Origin: a candidate division FCPU426 bacterium
GTDB taxonomy: Bacteria > Oederibacteriota > Muellerivitia > Muellerivitales > Muellerivitaceae
DNA length: 64,000 nucleotides
Assembly: GCA_963796105.1 (NCBI GenBank)
Contig: CAWCKJ010000003.1
Span: forward strand, 704,001-768,000
Reading direction: 5' to 3'
The notes under the pieces were generated by a model. The model was not told the origin of the DNA, made no database searches, and saw only the letters and a program-made list of their open reading frames with translations. Positions 40,536 through 51,580 of the stretch are shown here, piece by piece. A program made the position numbers and the translations under genes. Position 1 is the stretch's first letter. Each line of letters opens with the position of its first letter.

Positions 40536-41448
40536 CCTGCGGGCAGGACCCCAAAACCTGCGGGCAGGTCTACCGCCACCTGCGGGCAGGAGCCCCGACA
40601 CCTGCGGGCAGGACCACCAGAACATGCGGGCAGGACTCCCGGATTCTGCTCCTAGGACTCCCAGATCCTGCTCCTAGGACTCTCGGAACCTACTCCTAGG
40701 ACTTCCTGAACCTGCTCCTAGAACTCTCGGATTCTGCTCCTAGGACTCCGGAAACCTGCTCTTAGGACCCCGAGAATCTGCTCCTAGGACTCCGGGAACC
40801 TGTTCCTAGGACACCGAGAATCTGCTCCTAGGACACCGGCACCTGCTCCTAGGACTCCAGAAACCTGCTCTTAGGACACCGAGAATCTGCTCCTAGGACA
40901 CCGGCATCTGCTCTTAGGACTCCCAGAACCTGCTCCTAGGACTCCAGAAACCTGCTCTTAGGACCCCGAGAATCTGCTCCTAGAACTCTCGGAACCTGCT
41001 CCTAGAACTCGTGGCTTCTGCGGGCAGGATTACAGTCATCTGCGGAAAGGGCCACCGGATCTGCAAATTGGAGACTCAACCCATACGGGTAGAGGGCCAA
41101 TATGGGTAATTTTAAAAGGGGGAGAAAAAAAGGGCCTGAATTACGTTTGTTGAAAGAACGGAAGTGGATTTACCCACCAATCAACCACACCTGCCGTGAG
41201 CCCACACGGCGAACGGCAAGATTTGGTTGTACCAACTGCCATAAGCAGTTGGTACAAGTTGATTGGTGACGGTTGGTAATGGCTTGCAAATGGCCTTACG
41301 AATAGCTTTCCATAAACCATTTGTGGTGTCGGGCGAATTACCCGACCAACTGGAATGCAATTGGCATGCGGGAAGTCCAAAGGTGGGCGTTGATTGGAAA
41401 ATGGCTCAATAGCCTAAAGTGACGAATGATGGCCAGACCCCATTGTTT
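40536..41448. repeat. long non-coding repeat element copy B
   Basis: 5 GGGCAGG-type and 17 CCTAGG-type 21-22-bp units, then the same core as copy A, ending GGCCAGACCCCATTGTTT. Confidence 0.9.
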
Positions 41449-41457
41449 CTTTTCACC

Positions 41458-44088
41458 TCAACGATTGTTAGTCACCAGGAACTTCCCCATTCCCAAGACC
41501 TGTGTCCCTTGCTGGATCACATAATAATAAACACCCGAGGATGTCCGGGCACCAAATAGGTTGCGACCATCCCATTGGGTTATTCCACCGTTTTCATGAA
41601 GAATCCTTACCAGTTCCCCAGAAACCGTGTAAAAAGAAACCCTTGAGCCTTGCGGCATACAACCGACCTTTAAAGTGCCGTTCTTGGCATATTGAGGATT
41701 AAAAGGATCGGGCCAAATGCGAATTTGACAAATGGGCGTTGGAGACGGCGTAATGGTGGGTGTCATGGAAGGGGTGGGGGTTGCTGTCGGAAAAACAAAT
41801 TTCGATACGTACATATATTCCGGCGCGGGACCAAGGGTAGTTTTATAAACTCCGGCCGTTATTGTAAAGTCAGAATCATAGGTTCCCCCTCCCACGTAAA
41901 CGGCTCCCGAACCATCTAACGCGATCTGCGCTCCATCATCCTCGATATCACCGGATGCCGTACCACCCCAATAAGTGGAATAGATTAAATTCCCGGATGT
42001 ATTGAATAGGGACCAAAAGTTGGAACGCAAAGAGCCGCCCCAGGAGGCTTGATAAGCTCCAGGAGTGGTTGGGAAATTAGAAGAAGCGGTCGACCCCGAC
42101 ACGTAAGCATTTCCTAAACCATCCACCGCTATGCCGAGTCCCTCGTCCCCTAAATACATGATGCCGGCGCCATTTCCTCCGAGGTAAGTGGAATATATTA
42201 GTGCTTTTCCAGCCGGGTTTAATTTCGCGACAAAAGCGTTACCATACCCTGAGGCTGGCTTAGATTGATAAACGCCTGGAGTCACTGGAAAATTAGCCGA
42301 ATTGGCCTGACCCGTTAAATAAGCGTTGCCAAAAGAATCCGCCGCGATAGCGTATCCCACATCCCCTAAATCCGTGGAATTTCCCGATCCTCCCAAGAAG
42401 GTGCTATAAACCAAGGCCGTTCCTGTTGGATTTAATTTTGTGACAAAAACATTTCCTTTCGCGGAGCCCAGCGTGGTTTGATAAACGCCAGGGGTCACCG
42501 GGAAATCAGTCGAGGTGGACTGACCCGTTAAATAAGCGTTGCCAAAAGAATCCACCGCGATAGCGTATCCCACATCGCCAATAGCAACGGAATTTCCCGA
42601 TCCTCCCAAGAAGGTGCTATAGACCAAGGCCGTTCCTGTCGGATTTAATTTTGTGACAAAAGCATTTCCATTGATGGAGCCCGGCGTAGTTTGAAATGCG
42701 CCTGGGGTTACGGGAAAATCATTAGAGCTGGTCGTTCCTATTATGTACGCATTTTCAGAACTATCCACCCCGATGCCGAACCCCTCATCATAGATGCTTC
42801 CTCCCAGGTAGGTGCTATACACTAAGTCCGTCCCTGATGAATTTAATTTCGCGGCAAAAGCGTTTCCATTCGTGGTGCCCGACGTGGATTGAAAAGCGCC
42901 CGCGGAGGTCGGAAAATCGCTGGATCCGGTCAGGCCTGTAATATACGCATTGCCTGAAGCATCCACCGCGATGGCGTTAGGATCGTCATAATTGCTCCCG
43001 CCCAAATAGGTGGCATAGACTAGGGCAGTCCCGGTTGGATTTAGTTTGAAGATCAAGACATTTTGAGGCCCATTTGCGGCCGGTTGAAAAGCGCCAGGAG
43101 TCGTTATAAATCCCCCTTCGTAGGGTTCCAACAGGTAAGCATTTCCGGCTGTATCCACCGCCAAGGCGCTAAACTCGTTGTCGTAGTTGGCGACGTCCGC
43201 GCCCACATAGGTGGAATAAACCAATGTCGGGTCAATCACCAAGGACCTGGTGGAGTCGTATCCTTTCACCTCGAACCCCACTTCCCCATTTCCGTTTTGA
43301 ACGAATCTTCCGCCGATATCCTCCTTCCCGGACCAATTTTCCTGGTACAAGGCCGGCAGGCTTAATTCCAATGACATCTTTCCCACTCTCATCCCTAAGT
43401 TACCGCTAACCATTTTCCGAAGGTTTTCCGCACCCGCGAATTTCAACCGGATATCCTTTGGATTTCCACCAGGCTTCACCACGAAGTCATATTCCAATTT
43501 TCCGTTGGCTCCGTAATAGATTAGGTCGATGTGGGGATATATTTCCTTGAATCTTACCCGCGCGTATTGGCACAAGTTCATGCGCCAATGGGAGGTATTT
43601 TTACCAATCAAATAATTGCTTTTGCCAGGCAGTTTCTCCAGTCCCTCGGCCTCGCAACGGGGATTGGCTCCCTTCAATTTCATCCAAAGATACTCGGGTT
43701 TGGCAAGAATGGTTTTTCTCGGGACTTTCAATTTTGAGCGCCTGAGCGGTTTTTGAAAGCACCAAACAGCCTGAGTGGGGGTCAGGAAAAGGCTGTAGCC
43801 CTTTCCCCGGGTCATAAACCTAACCGATGGGTCGGTTTGGCCCTCGTTTTTCTCGAAGCTCATCGGCAGGCGCCCGTAGGCCCGCGCAATTTTCTTTTGA
43901 GCTTGGACATCGGGTTTTGAATGGGCAGCTTTTTGAGGAGAAGCCTTATTGACGGCCTTGGTTCCACACATGGATAAAGCAAAAACGCCCGTAGGATGGG
44001 CAAGGAGCAAGGACAGCAGGAACCGCAAAACCATTTGGAAACGTTTTGGGACGGAGATTAAAAAAAAGGGAACCACGTCTTGCGGCAT
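41458..44088 (-). CDS. secreted SBBP-repeat beta-propeller protein with C-terminal FlgD-Ig/CTD-like domain
   Basis: LPMSFEKNEGQ domain, repeated LVYSTYLGG..D.G..IAVD..GNAY.TG, tail WDGRN...SSGVY. Start uncertain (44034 possible). Confidence 0.88.
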   Translation of the reverse strand: MPQDVVPFFLISVPKRFQMVLRFLLSLLLAHPTGVFALSMCGTKAVNKASPQKAAHSKPDVQAQKKIARAYGRLPMSFEKNEGQTDPSVRFMTRGKGYSLFLTPTQAVWCFQKPLRRSKLKVPRKTILAKPEYLWMKLKGANPRCEAEGLEKLPGKSNYLIGKNTSHWRMNLCQYARVRFKEIYPHIDLIYYGANGKLEYDFVVKPGGNPKDIRLKFAGAENLRKMVSGNLGMRVGKMSLELSLPALYQENWSGKEDIGGRFVQNGNGEVGFEVKGYDSTRSLVIDPTLVYSTYVGADVANYDNEFSALAVDTAGNAYLLEPYEGGFITTPGAFQPAANGPQNVLIFKLNPTGTALVYATYLGGSNYDDPNAIAVDASGNAYITGLTGSSDFPTSAGAFQSTSGTTNGNAFAAKLNSSGTDLVYSTYLGGSIYDEGFGIGVDSSENAYIIGTTSSNDFPVTPGAFQTTPGSINGNAFVTKLNPTGTALVYSTFLGGSGNSVAIGDVGYAIAVDSFGNAYLTGQSTSTDFPVTPGVYQTTLGSAKGNVFVTKLNPTGTALVYSTFLGGSGNSTDLGDVGYAIAADSFGNAYLTGQANSANFPVTPGVYQSKPASGYGNAFVAKLNPAGKALIYSTYLGGNGAGIMYLGDEGLGIAVDGLGNAYVSGSTASSNFPTTPGAYQASWGGSLRSNFWSLFNTSGNLIYSTYWGGTASGDIEDDGAQIALDGSGAVYVGGGTYDSDFTITAGVYKTTLGPAPEYMYVSKFVFPTATPTPSMTPTITPSPTPICQIRIWPDPFNPQYAKNGTLKVGCMPQGSRVSFYTVSGELVRILHENGGITQWDGRNLFGARTSSGVYYYVIQQGTQVLGMGKFLVTNNR

Positions 44089-44352
44089 TCAAATATCCTT
44101 GCGCGGAATAGATGGAGGTAAAGCGGCATTTAAATTTACCACGGTTTCGGGGATATTTGGTTTTTTCACGACCCCTGGCCTGCGCTGCGGAGCGGAGAGC
44201 TCCCCGCCACGGACAAGCAAATCCTACTGGTTATAGAAACTTTCGGGAACATTGACCTGAAAATTCGAATTCGATTGTTTTTATTTCGGTAAATCTATGG
44301 GAAAAGGTTCTGAAAGTATTTAGGACCAAGCGCACTATTAAAATGCAGTTTA

Positions 44353-44883
44353 CTAAGGATTACTGTACACCTGCCAGACAATAGGAAGGTTGGATTGTGG
44401 TACAGCCGCCGTCGCCCAGGAATATCCCGTTACGAGACAACCCGAAGTACCACCCTGAAGGATATTTACGGTTACTTGAGTCGCACTTTCACACGCGCTG
44501 TTGATTTGTTGGGGAGTAATACATCCGATCAAAAGGTAAGCCTGGAGAAGCATTTGCTGGCTGAAATCAACCGGAGGCGTCTGGGTGCCGTAATAAGATT
44601 GCCAATCGGACAGGGTGCGCAGAACCCGGGTCTGGCCGGTAAAGGTGACGGGAGTTCCCGCGGGAGGACTGGTAGTCCATCCGGTTGAGGAATTCGGAGT
44701 AGCGGTTGGGGTTAAATAGGTGTTCAAATTGATTAAAGTAAAGGTGCAATTGGGGGTTACGGCGACCGTCGGGGTGGGTGTCGGGGTAGCTATCGGGGTT
44801 GGAATGACGGGTATATGACGGTCACAAGCCCAAGGGGCTGAGCATAAAATCAATAAGAATGACAGGACGAATATATTTTTCAT
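44353..44883 (-). CDS. exported or lipoprotein, PrcB C-terminal-like domain
   Basis: Signal with Cys, TP linker, DWQSYY..PPVDFSQQMLL resembles PrcB_C. Confidence 0.5.
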   Translation of the reverse strand: MKNIFVLSFLLILCSAPWACDRHIPVIPTPIATPTPTPTVAVTPNCTFTLINLNTYLTPTATPNSSTGWTTSPPAGTPVTFTGQTRVLRTLSDWQSYYGTQTPPVDFSQQMLLQAYLLIGCITPQQINSACESATQVTVNILQGGTSGCLVTGYSWATAAVPQSNLPIVWQVYSNP

Positions 44884-45413
44884 TGGAAACCTCGGTTTAT
44901 TGTTATTGGGTAAATAATATCATATACCTGATAAATCGGGGCTGGCCGGGCCCCCTCAAATGGTGTTTCCCTTTACCTTGCGGCCGTTTATAGGTTCTAA
45001 ATGAAGGACTGTTTTGAGTTTTCGCGGGATTTCTAAACTCCAGGCATCTTCATCGATTATTCATTCTTCATTGTTCATTATTCATTTTAAATTGTTGTTC
45101 AATTGCCGCCATTGTGTCCGATCCGCGAAACACCGCCAAGATAGGTATTAATCGGTCCCAATTATTGTGCAATTTTTCCGCGCATGAGACAACCAGGCGC
45201 GCCTCCCGCCTTTCAAATCCTCGTTCCAAACTACATTTAATGGAAAGAAACCCTGAAATTTTTTTGCCTCCGCCTAAAATCGTTTCTCGATTTTTTTACA
45301 TAAATTTTATCTTCTTACTATTTGTTTTCCCGCGGGGATCGTGTATACGGTTGCACGACTCAAGTTGTTTTTTTCGCGCGGGACGCATTTTATAAAATTC
45401 AGGGGAGGCGCTT

Positions 45414-48400
45414 GTGCGTTTGAAAAATATTTTTTCCGGTTTGAATCCGTTGGAAATCCCGAACTGCCCGAAATCCGCCGCCCAGGCTTTCCCGTTTTTT
45501 TACAGGACGGGTAAGAATCCCAAAAACTTGAAAATGTTTTTCCTGCCGCTCTTGGCTTTGCTCCTGTTCCCCCTCGCCTCCGTCCACGCGGCGGGAAGCC
45601 AAACGCTCCCGGGTCATGTTCCCGCGCGGGCTAAGGCCGAAAACCTGGTGTCGGACCTTCCCGATACCCAAACATTGAATCTCGCCATCGGCCTCCCCTT
45701 GCGCAACGCAGGCAATCTCCAAGACCTCCTGAGGGAAATTTATGACCGCAAAAGCCCGAAATACCGCCATTATTTGACCCCGGACCAATTCACGGCCCAG
45801 TTCGGCCCCACCGAAGAGGATTACAACAAAGTCGTTGATTTCGCGAAGGCCCACCACTTGACCGTGACTAAGACCTACACCAACCGGATGCTGGTGGACG
45901 TGAGCGGGACAGCCTTGGACATTTCACGCGCCTTCAACGTGAGGCTCCACAATTACAAAAGGCAGGACGGAAGTTTGTTTTATTCCCCTGACGCGGAACC
46001 CTCCGCCGATCTCGACGTTCCCCTCTCGCACGTGTCGGGCCTGGACAACTTCAAACTGCCGATGAACCACTTGGGAAACAAGTTGGGGAAATCCAAGCAA
46101 GGATCCCCCGCCCCGGCCGCAGGCGCCAAGAAATCCAATTACGGAACGGGCCCCAATTCGGGGGTGCCTCCTTACGGCCCCTCCTACGTCGGGACCGACT
46201 TCCGCAACGCCTACCTCGGCTCTTCCTTCCCCCCAACTTCCAACGGCCAGGGACAAACCATCGGGCTGTTCGAGCCGGAGGGGTATTACACGGGTGACGT
46301 GGCCTCCTACCAATCCTCTTTCCTTTCCGCCTTTACGATTCCCAATCCGGTCCTGATTTCGGCCGAGCCGGGCGCGGTGGCCCAGGACCAGGGTGCGCCC
46401 GGGGCGGGCAACGGCGAGGTGGCCCTGGATATCGACATGGCGATGGCCATGGCGCCGGGGGCCCAGGTCGTGGTTTACGAGGGCTATAACAACGGCCTTT
46501 ACGCTTACGATACCGTCTGCGACGACATCCTGAGCGAGATGGCCTACCCGACCCAGGGCGAAACCGTGCCCAACCAGGTGAGCTGCTCCTGGTACGACTT
46601 CGGGGACGCCGCCACGGACAGCCTGATGATGCAGTTGGCCTCGGAAGGAGTGGCATTTTTCATGGCCGCCGGGGATGAGGGCGCCTACGTCTACCCGGAT
46701 GTCTTTTACTCCCCATACATTCCCCCGCCCTACGACCAAGGGGCGGTTTCCTTCATGACCTTCGTCGGGGGCACTGAGCTTTCCACGAGCGGAGCCGGCA
46801 ACGGCCTCGGCACCTACAACAACGAGATCGTTTGGAACGACCCCATCGAGCTAAACGGCGTCGGGGGCCCTGCCGCTGGCGGCGGGGGAATCTGCGACCA
46901 GGTCCTCATCCCATATTGGCAGGTGGGTTTCATCAACGCCCAGAACAACGGCGACCCCTCCCACCGGAACATGCCGGACGTGGCCTTGATCGCGGATTAC
47001 CTTTTCATTTACTCCGACAACGGCGTCCCGCAATACGTCATGGACGGGACCAGCGCTTCCGCTCCCCTTTGGGCCGGCTTTTGGTCCCTCGCCAACCAGC
47101 AGGCCGGGAACACCCCCTGCAACCCGATCGGTTTTCCGAACCCGTCGCTTTACTCCATCGCTTCCAATCCAGTCCAGTACGCGGCTGATTTCAACGACAT
47201 CACCGTGGGGACCAACAACGACCCCGTTTACGCCTCCGGCAATTTCAACCAATTCGCGGCCGTCAAAGGTTATGACCTGGCCACGGGCCTGGGCAGTTTC
47301 AAGGCCAACTTGATCAATGACCTGGTCTCAATGGCCTGCGTCGTCTCATCCTACACCCCCACGAGCAGCCCCACCGCCACCTCGACCGTCACGCCCACAC
47401 TTACACCAACGCAGACCCAGACCTATACGGCGACCCTCTCGCCCACCATTACCCCCACCCCGACCGCGACCGGGACTTTTACGCTTACTTCGACCCCCAC
47501 GGCCTGCTGTTTTTCCGATTCGATCTCTTGGGGACCCAGCGGCGCGGGCTACAGTTTCGGCTCCTTGTACGACATTGCCGTAGATAACAGCAATAACTGC
47601 AACGGCGGCCCCTGCCTGTACATGACTGACACAAGCAACAATTATATTTACAAGTTTGACACATCCGGAAATTTCATTCCCCCGGCATGGGGCGGGACAG
47701 GATCTACCCCCGGGTTATTGAACAGCCCCTACGGTATCGCCGTCAACGCGGCAGGGACTTCCATTTACGTGGCAGACCAGGGCAACAACCGTGTCGAGGT
47801 CTTCAACTCATCAGGAGGTTACAGCACATCCTGGGGCGTCAATGGGATCGCCCTAGGCCAATTCGCCGGCCTGTTTGGCGTTGCGGTGGACCCGAACAAC
47901 GGCAATGTTTACGCCGTGGATGAGGGCGGAACCGGGCGTGTGCAGGAATTCAACTACAACGCCTCCTTGACCATCACCCAATGGTACTCGAGCAATGCCC
48001 ACGGGGCCTGTGTCAGCCCCACTGATTATGTCTATGTCGCCAATGGCAATAATGTCATCAAATATACTTCCGGCGGGGTTTCCATCACGCAATGGCCGGC
48101 CACCGGGTATAATTTGTCATCCGATGGCGCCGATTATATCTACGTTGCCAGCTTCAATAGCGGCAATGTCTCAAAATACGATCCCATCGGCAACCTCATT
48201 TGCCAGATCGCCGCCGGAGGGCAAAATGGGCATCTTGGAAATCCTTATGGCGCGGCTGTAGGCTCCACCGGGACGGTTTACGTAAACACGACAACCTTGG
48301 TGGGTGAATTCCTGCCATGCGGACCGACACCCACCGCGGTGCCGACGAACCTGGCGACCAACACCATCACCAATACCCCGACTTTGACCGCCACTGGTAC

Positions 48401-49262
48401 CTCGACGCCGACTTCCACCCGAACACCGACAAATACGCCGACTTCGACCAGGACGCCCACGCCGACAAGAACGCCCACGAACACCCCCACCATCACCCTG
48501 ACCCGGACTTGGACCAACACCCCGACCATCACCCCGACCAGGACGAGGACCAATACGCCGACGGTGACCCGCACCCCGACGAATACGCCCACGAGGACCA
48601 ACACTCCCACCATCACCCTGACCAGGACGAGGACCAACACGCCCACCATTACCCCGACCAGGACGTGGACCAATACGCCGACGGTGACCCGCACCCCGAC
48701 GAATACGCCCACGAGGACCAACACCCCCACCATCACCCCGACCAGGACGAGGACCAATACGCCGACGGTGACCCGTACTCCGACCATCACCCCGACGCGC
48801 ACCCACACCTCGACACCCACGCCCACCCGGACCCCGACGCCGACACGCACGCCGACCCCGACCGCGACACCGACGAACACGCCGATCGGCGGATCAGCGG
48901 CACCGGCGAACGCGGCCCAGCAGAAAAATATCCGGGGCTTTACCCCGTCGCCGACGCCTTCAACCGGCGGAACCCTTCTTTCGGCCTTGCCCGCCCCGAG
49001 CCTTTCCCAGGACGGACAGCCGATCCAATTCAGGGTCAAGCTGGCCAAAGCCGCGGCCATCCACCTTTCGTTGTATGACCTGTTGGGCGAGAAGATTTAC
49101 GAGACACAGGCCCTTGGCGGCGCCGGGACCAACCGCCTGCTTTGGAACCTGCAAAACCTCGATAACCAGGAGGTGGCGAGCGGGGTGTTTGTTTACTTAA
49201 TCCAAATCAACGACGGGACCAGCCTGTCCCGCAAGACCGGCAAGGTCGCCGTCATCCGCTGA
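45414..49262 (+). CDS. S53 sedolisin/kumamolisin-like protease with prodomain, NHL repeats, TP linker and CTD-like domain
   Basis: [13 protein letters not shown] prodomain, [41 protein letters not shown]; tail ASGVF...GKVAVIR; GGAGG RBS. Confidence 0.9.
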   Translation: MRLKNIFSGLNPLEIPNCPKSAAQAFPFFYRTGKNPKNLKMFFLPLLALLLFPLASVHAAGSQTLPGHVPARAKAENLVSDLPDTQTLNLAIGLPLRNAGNLQDLLREIYDRKSPKYRHYLTPDQFTAQFGPTEEDYNKVVDFAKAHHLTVTKTYTNRMLVDVSGTALDISRAFNVRLHNYKRQDGSLFYSPDAEPSADLDVPLSHVSGLDNFKLPMNHLGNKLGKSKQGSPAPAAGAKKSNYGTGPNSGVPPYGPSYVGTDFRNAYLGSSFPPTSNGQGQTIGLFEPEGYYTGDVASYQSSFLSAFTIPNPVLISAEPGAVAQDQGAPGAGNGEVALDIDMAMAMAPGAQVVVYEGYNNGLYAYDTVCDDILSEMAYPTQGETVPNQVSCSWYDFGDAATDSLMMQLASEGVAFFMAAGDEGAYVYPDVFYSPYIPPPYDQGAVSFMTFVGGTELSTSGAGNGLGTYNNEIVWNDPIELNGVGGPAAGGGGICDQVLIPYWQVGFINAQNNGDPSHRNMPDVALIADYLFIYSDNGVPQYVMDGTSASAPLWAGFWSLANQQAGNTPCNPIGFPNPSLYSIASNPVQYAADFNDITVGTNNDPVYASGNFNQFAAVKGYDLATGLGSFKANLINDLVSMACVVSSYTPTSSPTATSTVTPTLTPTQTQTYTATLSPTITPTPTATGTFTLTSTPTACCFSDSISWGPSGAGYSFGSLYDIAVDNSNNCNGGPCLYMTDTSNNYIYKFDTSGNFIPPAWGGTGSTPGLLNSPYGIAVNAAGTSIYVADQGNNRVEVFNSSGGYSTSWGVNGIALGQFAGLFGVAVDPNNGNVYAVDEGGTGRVQEFNYNASLTITQWYSSNAHGACVSPTDYVYVANGNNVIKYTSGGVSITQWPATGYNLSSDGADYIYVASFNSGNVSKYDPIGNLICQIAAGGQNGHLGNPYGAAVGSTGTVYVNTTTLVGEFLPCGPTPTAVPTNLATNTITNTPTLTATGTSTPTSTRTPTNTPTSTRTPTPTRTPTNTPTITLTRTWTNTPTITPTRTRTNTPTVTRTPTNTPTRTNTPTITLTRTRTNTPTITPTRTWTNTPTVTRTPTNTPTRTNTPTITPTRTRTNTPTVTRTPTITPTRTHTSTPTPTRTPTPTRTPTPTATPTNTPIGGSAAPANAAQQKNIRGFTPSPTPSTGGTLLSALPAPSLSQDGQPIQFRVKLAKAAAIHLSLYDLLGEKIYETQALGGAGTNRLLWNLQNLDNQEVASGVFVYLIQINDGTSLSRKTGKVAVIR

Positions 49263-49282
49263 GGGTTTTAAGCCGCTTAAAC

Positions 49283-49314
49283 AAAAAGGCCTGGAAAATA
49301 TTCCAGGCCTTTTT
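49283..49314. terminator. bidirectional intrinsic terminator
   Basis: AAAAAGGCCTGGAA-loop-TTCCAGGCCTTTTT. Confidence 0.8.
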
Positions 49315-49398
49315 CATTTTGGGATTCCGGTTTTTGCGCCCGGCCCGTAAATATTCAACTTAATCCCCAATCATCCGCAAAACCAATCATAGGTTTAC

Positions 49399-49770
49399 TT
49401 ATTTTTCGGACATGGTCCTCAAAAGGCAATTGTTCAATATCTCCACATCCTCCTCTTTGATGGCCAAAAAGCGGAGGCCCGCGTCGGACTCGTTGGACCA
49501 AACCACCTCGGCAAAAGCCGTTATCAAATGGGAAATCCCGGGAAGGGACATTCCCAGCCGGAGGATCCTGCCCTTTTCTAATATGTGATCCACTACCAGG
49601 TACAATCCGCCCAAACTCACGTTTAAGGTGTGACTGTTCTTATCTTTACCCGTGCCCCTCAAAACTTCCTTAATTTCGTTCTGATCCTCGATGACTTGGT
49701 AATTCACGGGGACATTGATTGAAACACGGGGATAAACCCTTTTTTCAACAAGCATATTCGCTTCAGGCAT
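49399..49770 (-). CDS. PilZ domain protein
   Basis: EKRVYPR (RxxxR), NVSLGG (N/DxSxxG), GLRF. Confidence 0.85.
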   Translation of the reverse strand: MPEANMLVEKRVYPRVSINVPVNYQVIEDQNEIKEVLRGTGKDKNSHTLNVSLGGLYLVVDHILEKGRILRLGMSLPGISHLITAFAEVVWSNESDAGLRFLAIKEEDVEILNNCLLRTMSEK

Positions 49771-49970
49771 GGCCGGTTCCCTTTTGCGGCATAACTTCCC
49801 CTTTTTGAACGCAATAAATTCTACCCGAATAAAGGGTTAAAATGTATCCCCGATTATTCATACGCCGTTTAGACGCTGGTTTTCATGATTTCGGCGGATT
49901 TCCGAGGACCAGAAATCCTCAATCACTATTCATTTTTCATTGCGCAATCCACATTGTCCTCAAGTGTCCG

Positions 49971-50246
49971 CTAAAAAGCCTTTGGAAGGGGCTTTAAGAG
50001 CCGGAGGATCAGCAATAAAGCCACCGCTCCCCAAGCCGAGATCTCAATCGCCATCTTGATGCCGTAAACGGAGGCGTAAAATTGGTGGGCCAAGACCCCT
50101 GTCAGGAGGGCGCCGGTCATACCGCAAAGAATTTCCTTCCCCGCTCCCGAGCTGGAACCCTTGGCTAAAAGGCTCGCGCCCCAGCCCATGAACGCGCCGA
50201 CCACCAGGAACAAAACCACATCTTGAATCTGCGGCAAATTAATCAT
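49971..50246 (-). CDS. GlsB/YeaQ/YmgE-like small membrane protein
   Basis: VGAFMGWGAS, GMTGALLTG, GAVALLLILRLL; AGGAG RBS. Confidence 0.65.
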   Translation of the reverse strand: MINLPQIQDVVLFLVVGAFMGWGASLLAKGSSSGAGKEILCGMTGALLTGVLAHQFYASVYGIKMAIEISAWGAVALLLILRLLKPLPKAF

Positions 50247-50279
50247 TTGACACTCCTTTTATTTATCCGGCCACGCCGG

Positions 50280-50483
50280 TTAATTGAAACTGGTCCTGGC
50301 CGCTCGAATGGACTCGCGCAAGGCGGTCCTCACCCGATCCAAGCCGGCTCCGGCGTTTTTCCAAGCCGTTTCGCGGGTTTTTCTCAAATCCGCCATCAAG
50401 CCCTCGATCTCACTTTGCTGTGCCTTTAAATTCCCTATTTCAGCCCTCGGTTTATCAGCGTTTTCATCTTTTTCCTTATCCAT
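50280..50483 (-). CDS. small coiled-coil hypothetical protein
   Basis: Amphipathic helix ending AWKNAGAGLDRVRTALRES; GAGG RBS; co-oriented with neighbours. Confidence 0.5.
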   Translation of the reverse strand: MDKEKDENADKPRAEIGNLKAQQSEIEGLMADLRKTRETAWKNAGAGLDRVRTALRESIRAARTSFN

Positions 50484-50530
50484 CCCAATGGCCACCTCTG
50501 TTCTTTTGAAACACTTGTTGGATGGTGTCA

Positions 50531-50812
50531 TTAAAAATACTTTACGGAATAGAAGGAGACCCTGCACTTTGACGACGCGGCCGAATCCTTCATCACTTGC
50601 CGGCCGATCTCCGGATTCGCTTTTTTCGTGACCGCCATTTTCCCCGCGCGCTCATTCCTCCTTCGGTTCAGATCCCCTATTTGCTTTTGATATAGCTCTT
50701 TGGCGTCCACCTTGGCCGGTTCGCCCCCGGTCATGCGTTCATTGATTTTCATTCCCCACTTGCCGACCCATCGCTTGTTTTTTCCCATGGGTTTTCCTCT
50801 TATTCCATCCAT
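50531..50812 (-). CDS. hypothetical basic protein
   Basis: GGGGAG RBS before ATG 50812; no recognisable motif. Confidence 0.3.
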   Translation of the reverse strand: MDGIRGKPMGKNKRWVGKWGMKINERMTGGEPAKVDAKELYQKQIGDLNRRRNERAGKMAVTKKANPEIGRQVMKDSAASSKCRVSFYSVKYF

Positions 50813-50849
50813 GGCGGCTCCCCCTTTTTTCTTGTTTAAATATATTCCA

Positions 50850-51149
50850 TTACGGGAATTTCGTGCGGCTGCCACGGCGGGGCATGACCGCCTTATTGGG
50901 TCTTGTGGTTCCCCGGACTTCCCTCCGCCCCGCGGCGTCCCGGGGGTGGAACTCCTCGATCCGGTACGGAATTTCCCTTCTATCGCCCCGGCCCTTTTTC
51001 CGCTTTGTTTGGTACATTGAAACCCTGGAGGTTTCAACCGGCGTGATTAACTCCGTCTCCGCCGAATCCGGGACCTTCAGGACGCCCAGCGGCTCGGTAA
51101 ACCAGGGGTTTGCCTTCTTGCTGATTTTACTGGTCATTCCAAAATCCAT
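50850..51149 (-). CDS. hypothetical protein
   Basis: AGGA RBS; fills the gap in a co-oriented run of genes. Confidence 0.4.
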   Translation of the reverse strand: MDFGMTSKISKKANPWFTEPLGVLKVPDSAETELITPVETSRVSMYQTKRKKGRGDRREIPYRIEEFHPRDAAGRREVRGTTRPNKAVMPRRGSRTKFP

Positions 51150-51223
51150 GGCAGCTTCCTATCTGGTAAAACTGGGCGGGGCAAGCCGCGCTGAACTCCT
51201 TATTTCTTAAAACAGAAGGCCCT

Positions 51224-51580
51224 TTATTCGGACGTGTACTTCCGGATGCCTGACGAGTAGGAAAGGGTCATTTCGGCTTCCTCTTCCCCGTTGTTTTGGA
51301 TCATATGGACGACGTTCTGCGGAATGGTCAAGGCGTCCCCCGGTTGAAGCTTCGCCTGGGAGTCCCCCAATATCACCAGGACGCTTCCCCTGGAGAGGTA
51401 AATAACCTCATCGGCGTTGGAATGGCTGTGGGTGGAGCCGGAAAACCCCGGATGCAGGATCAAGCGGCCCACGGAGACGGAGCTTCCGGAAAGGTTCTGG
51501 TTGGCCATCCAGGTCATGGAACCCCAAGGCTCCTCGATTTTGTTTTTTTCCGCGTCCCGGATTAATACCAGGCGGTTCAT
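51224..51580 (-). CDS. cupin domain protein
   Basis: HSHSNADE...G and PGD...IP.NVVH motifs; ATGA overlap with the rhodanese gene. Confidence 0.85.
   Translation of the reverse strand: MNRLVLIRDAEKNKIEEPWGSMTWMANQNLSGSSVSVGRLILHPGFSGSTHSHSNADEVIYLSRGSVLVILGDSQAKLQPGDALTIPQNVVHMIQNNGEEEAEMTLSYSSGIRKYTSE

Noticed and set aside
42240..42720. Near-identical DNA repeats in the SBBP gene as a possible DGR template/variable pair
   Set aside because: They are in-frame propeller-blade duplications, differences are not adenine-specific, and no reverse transcriptase is present.
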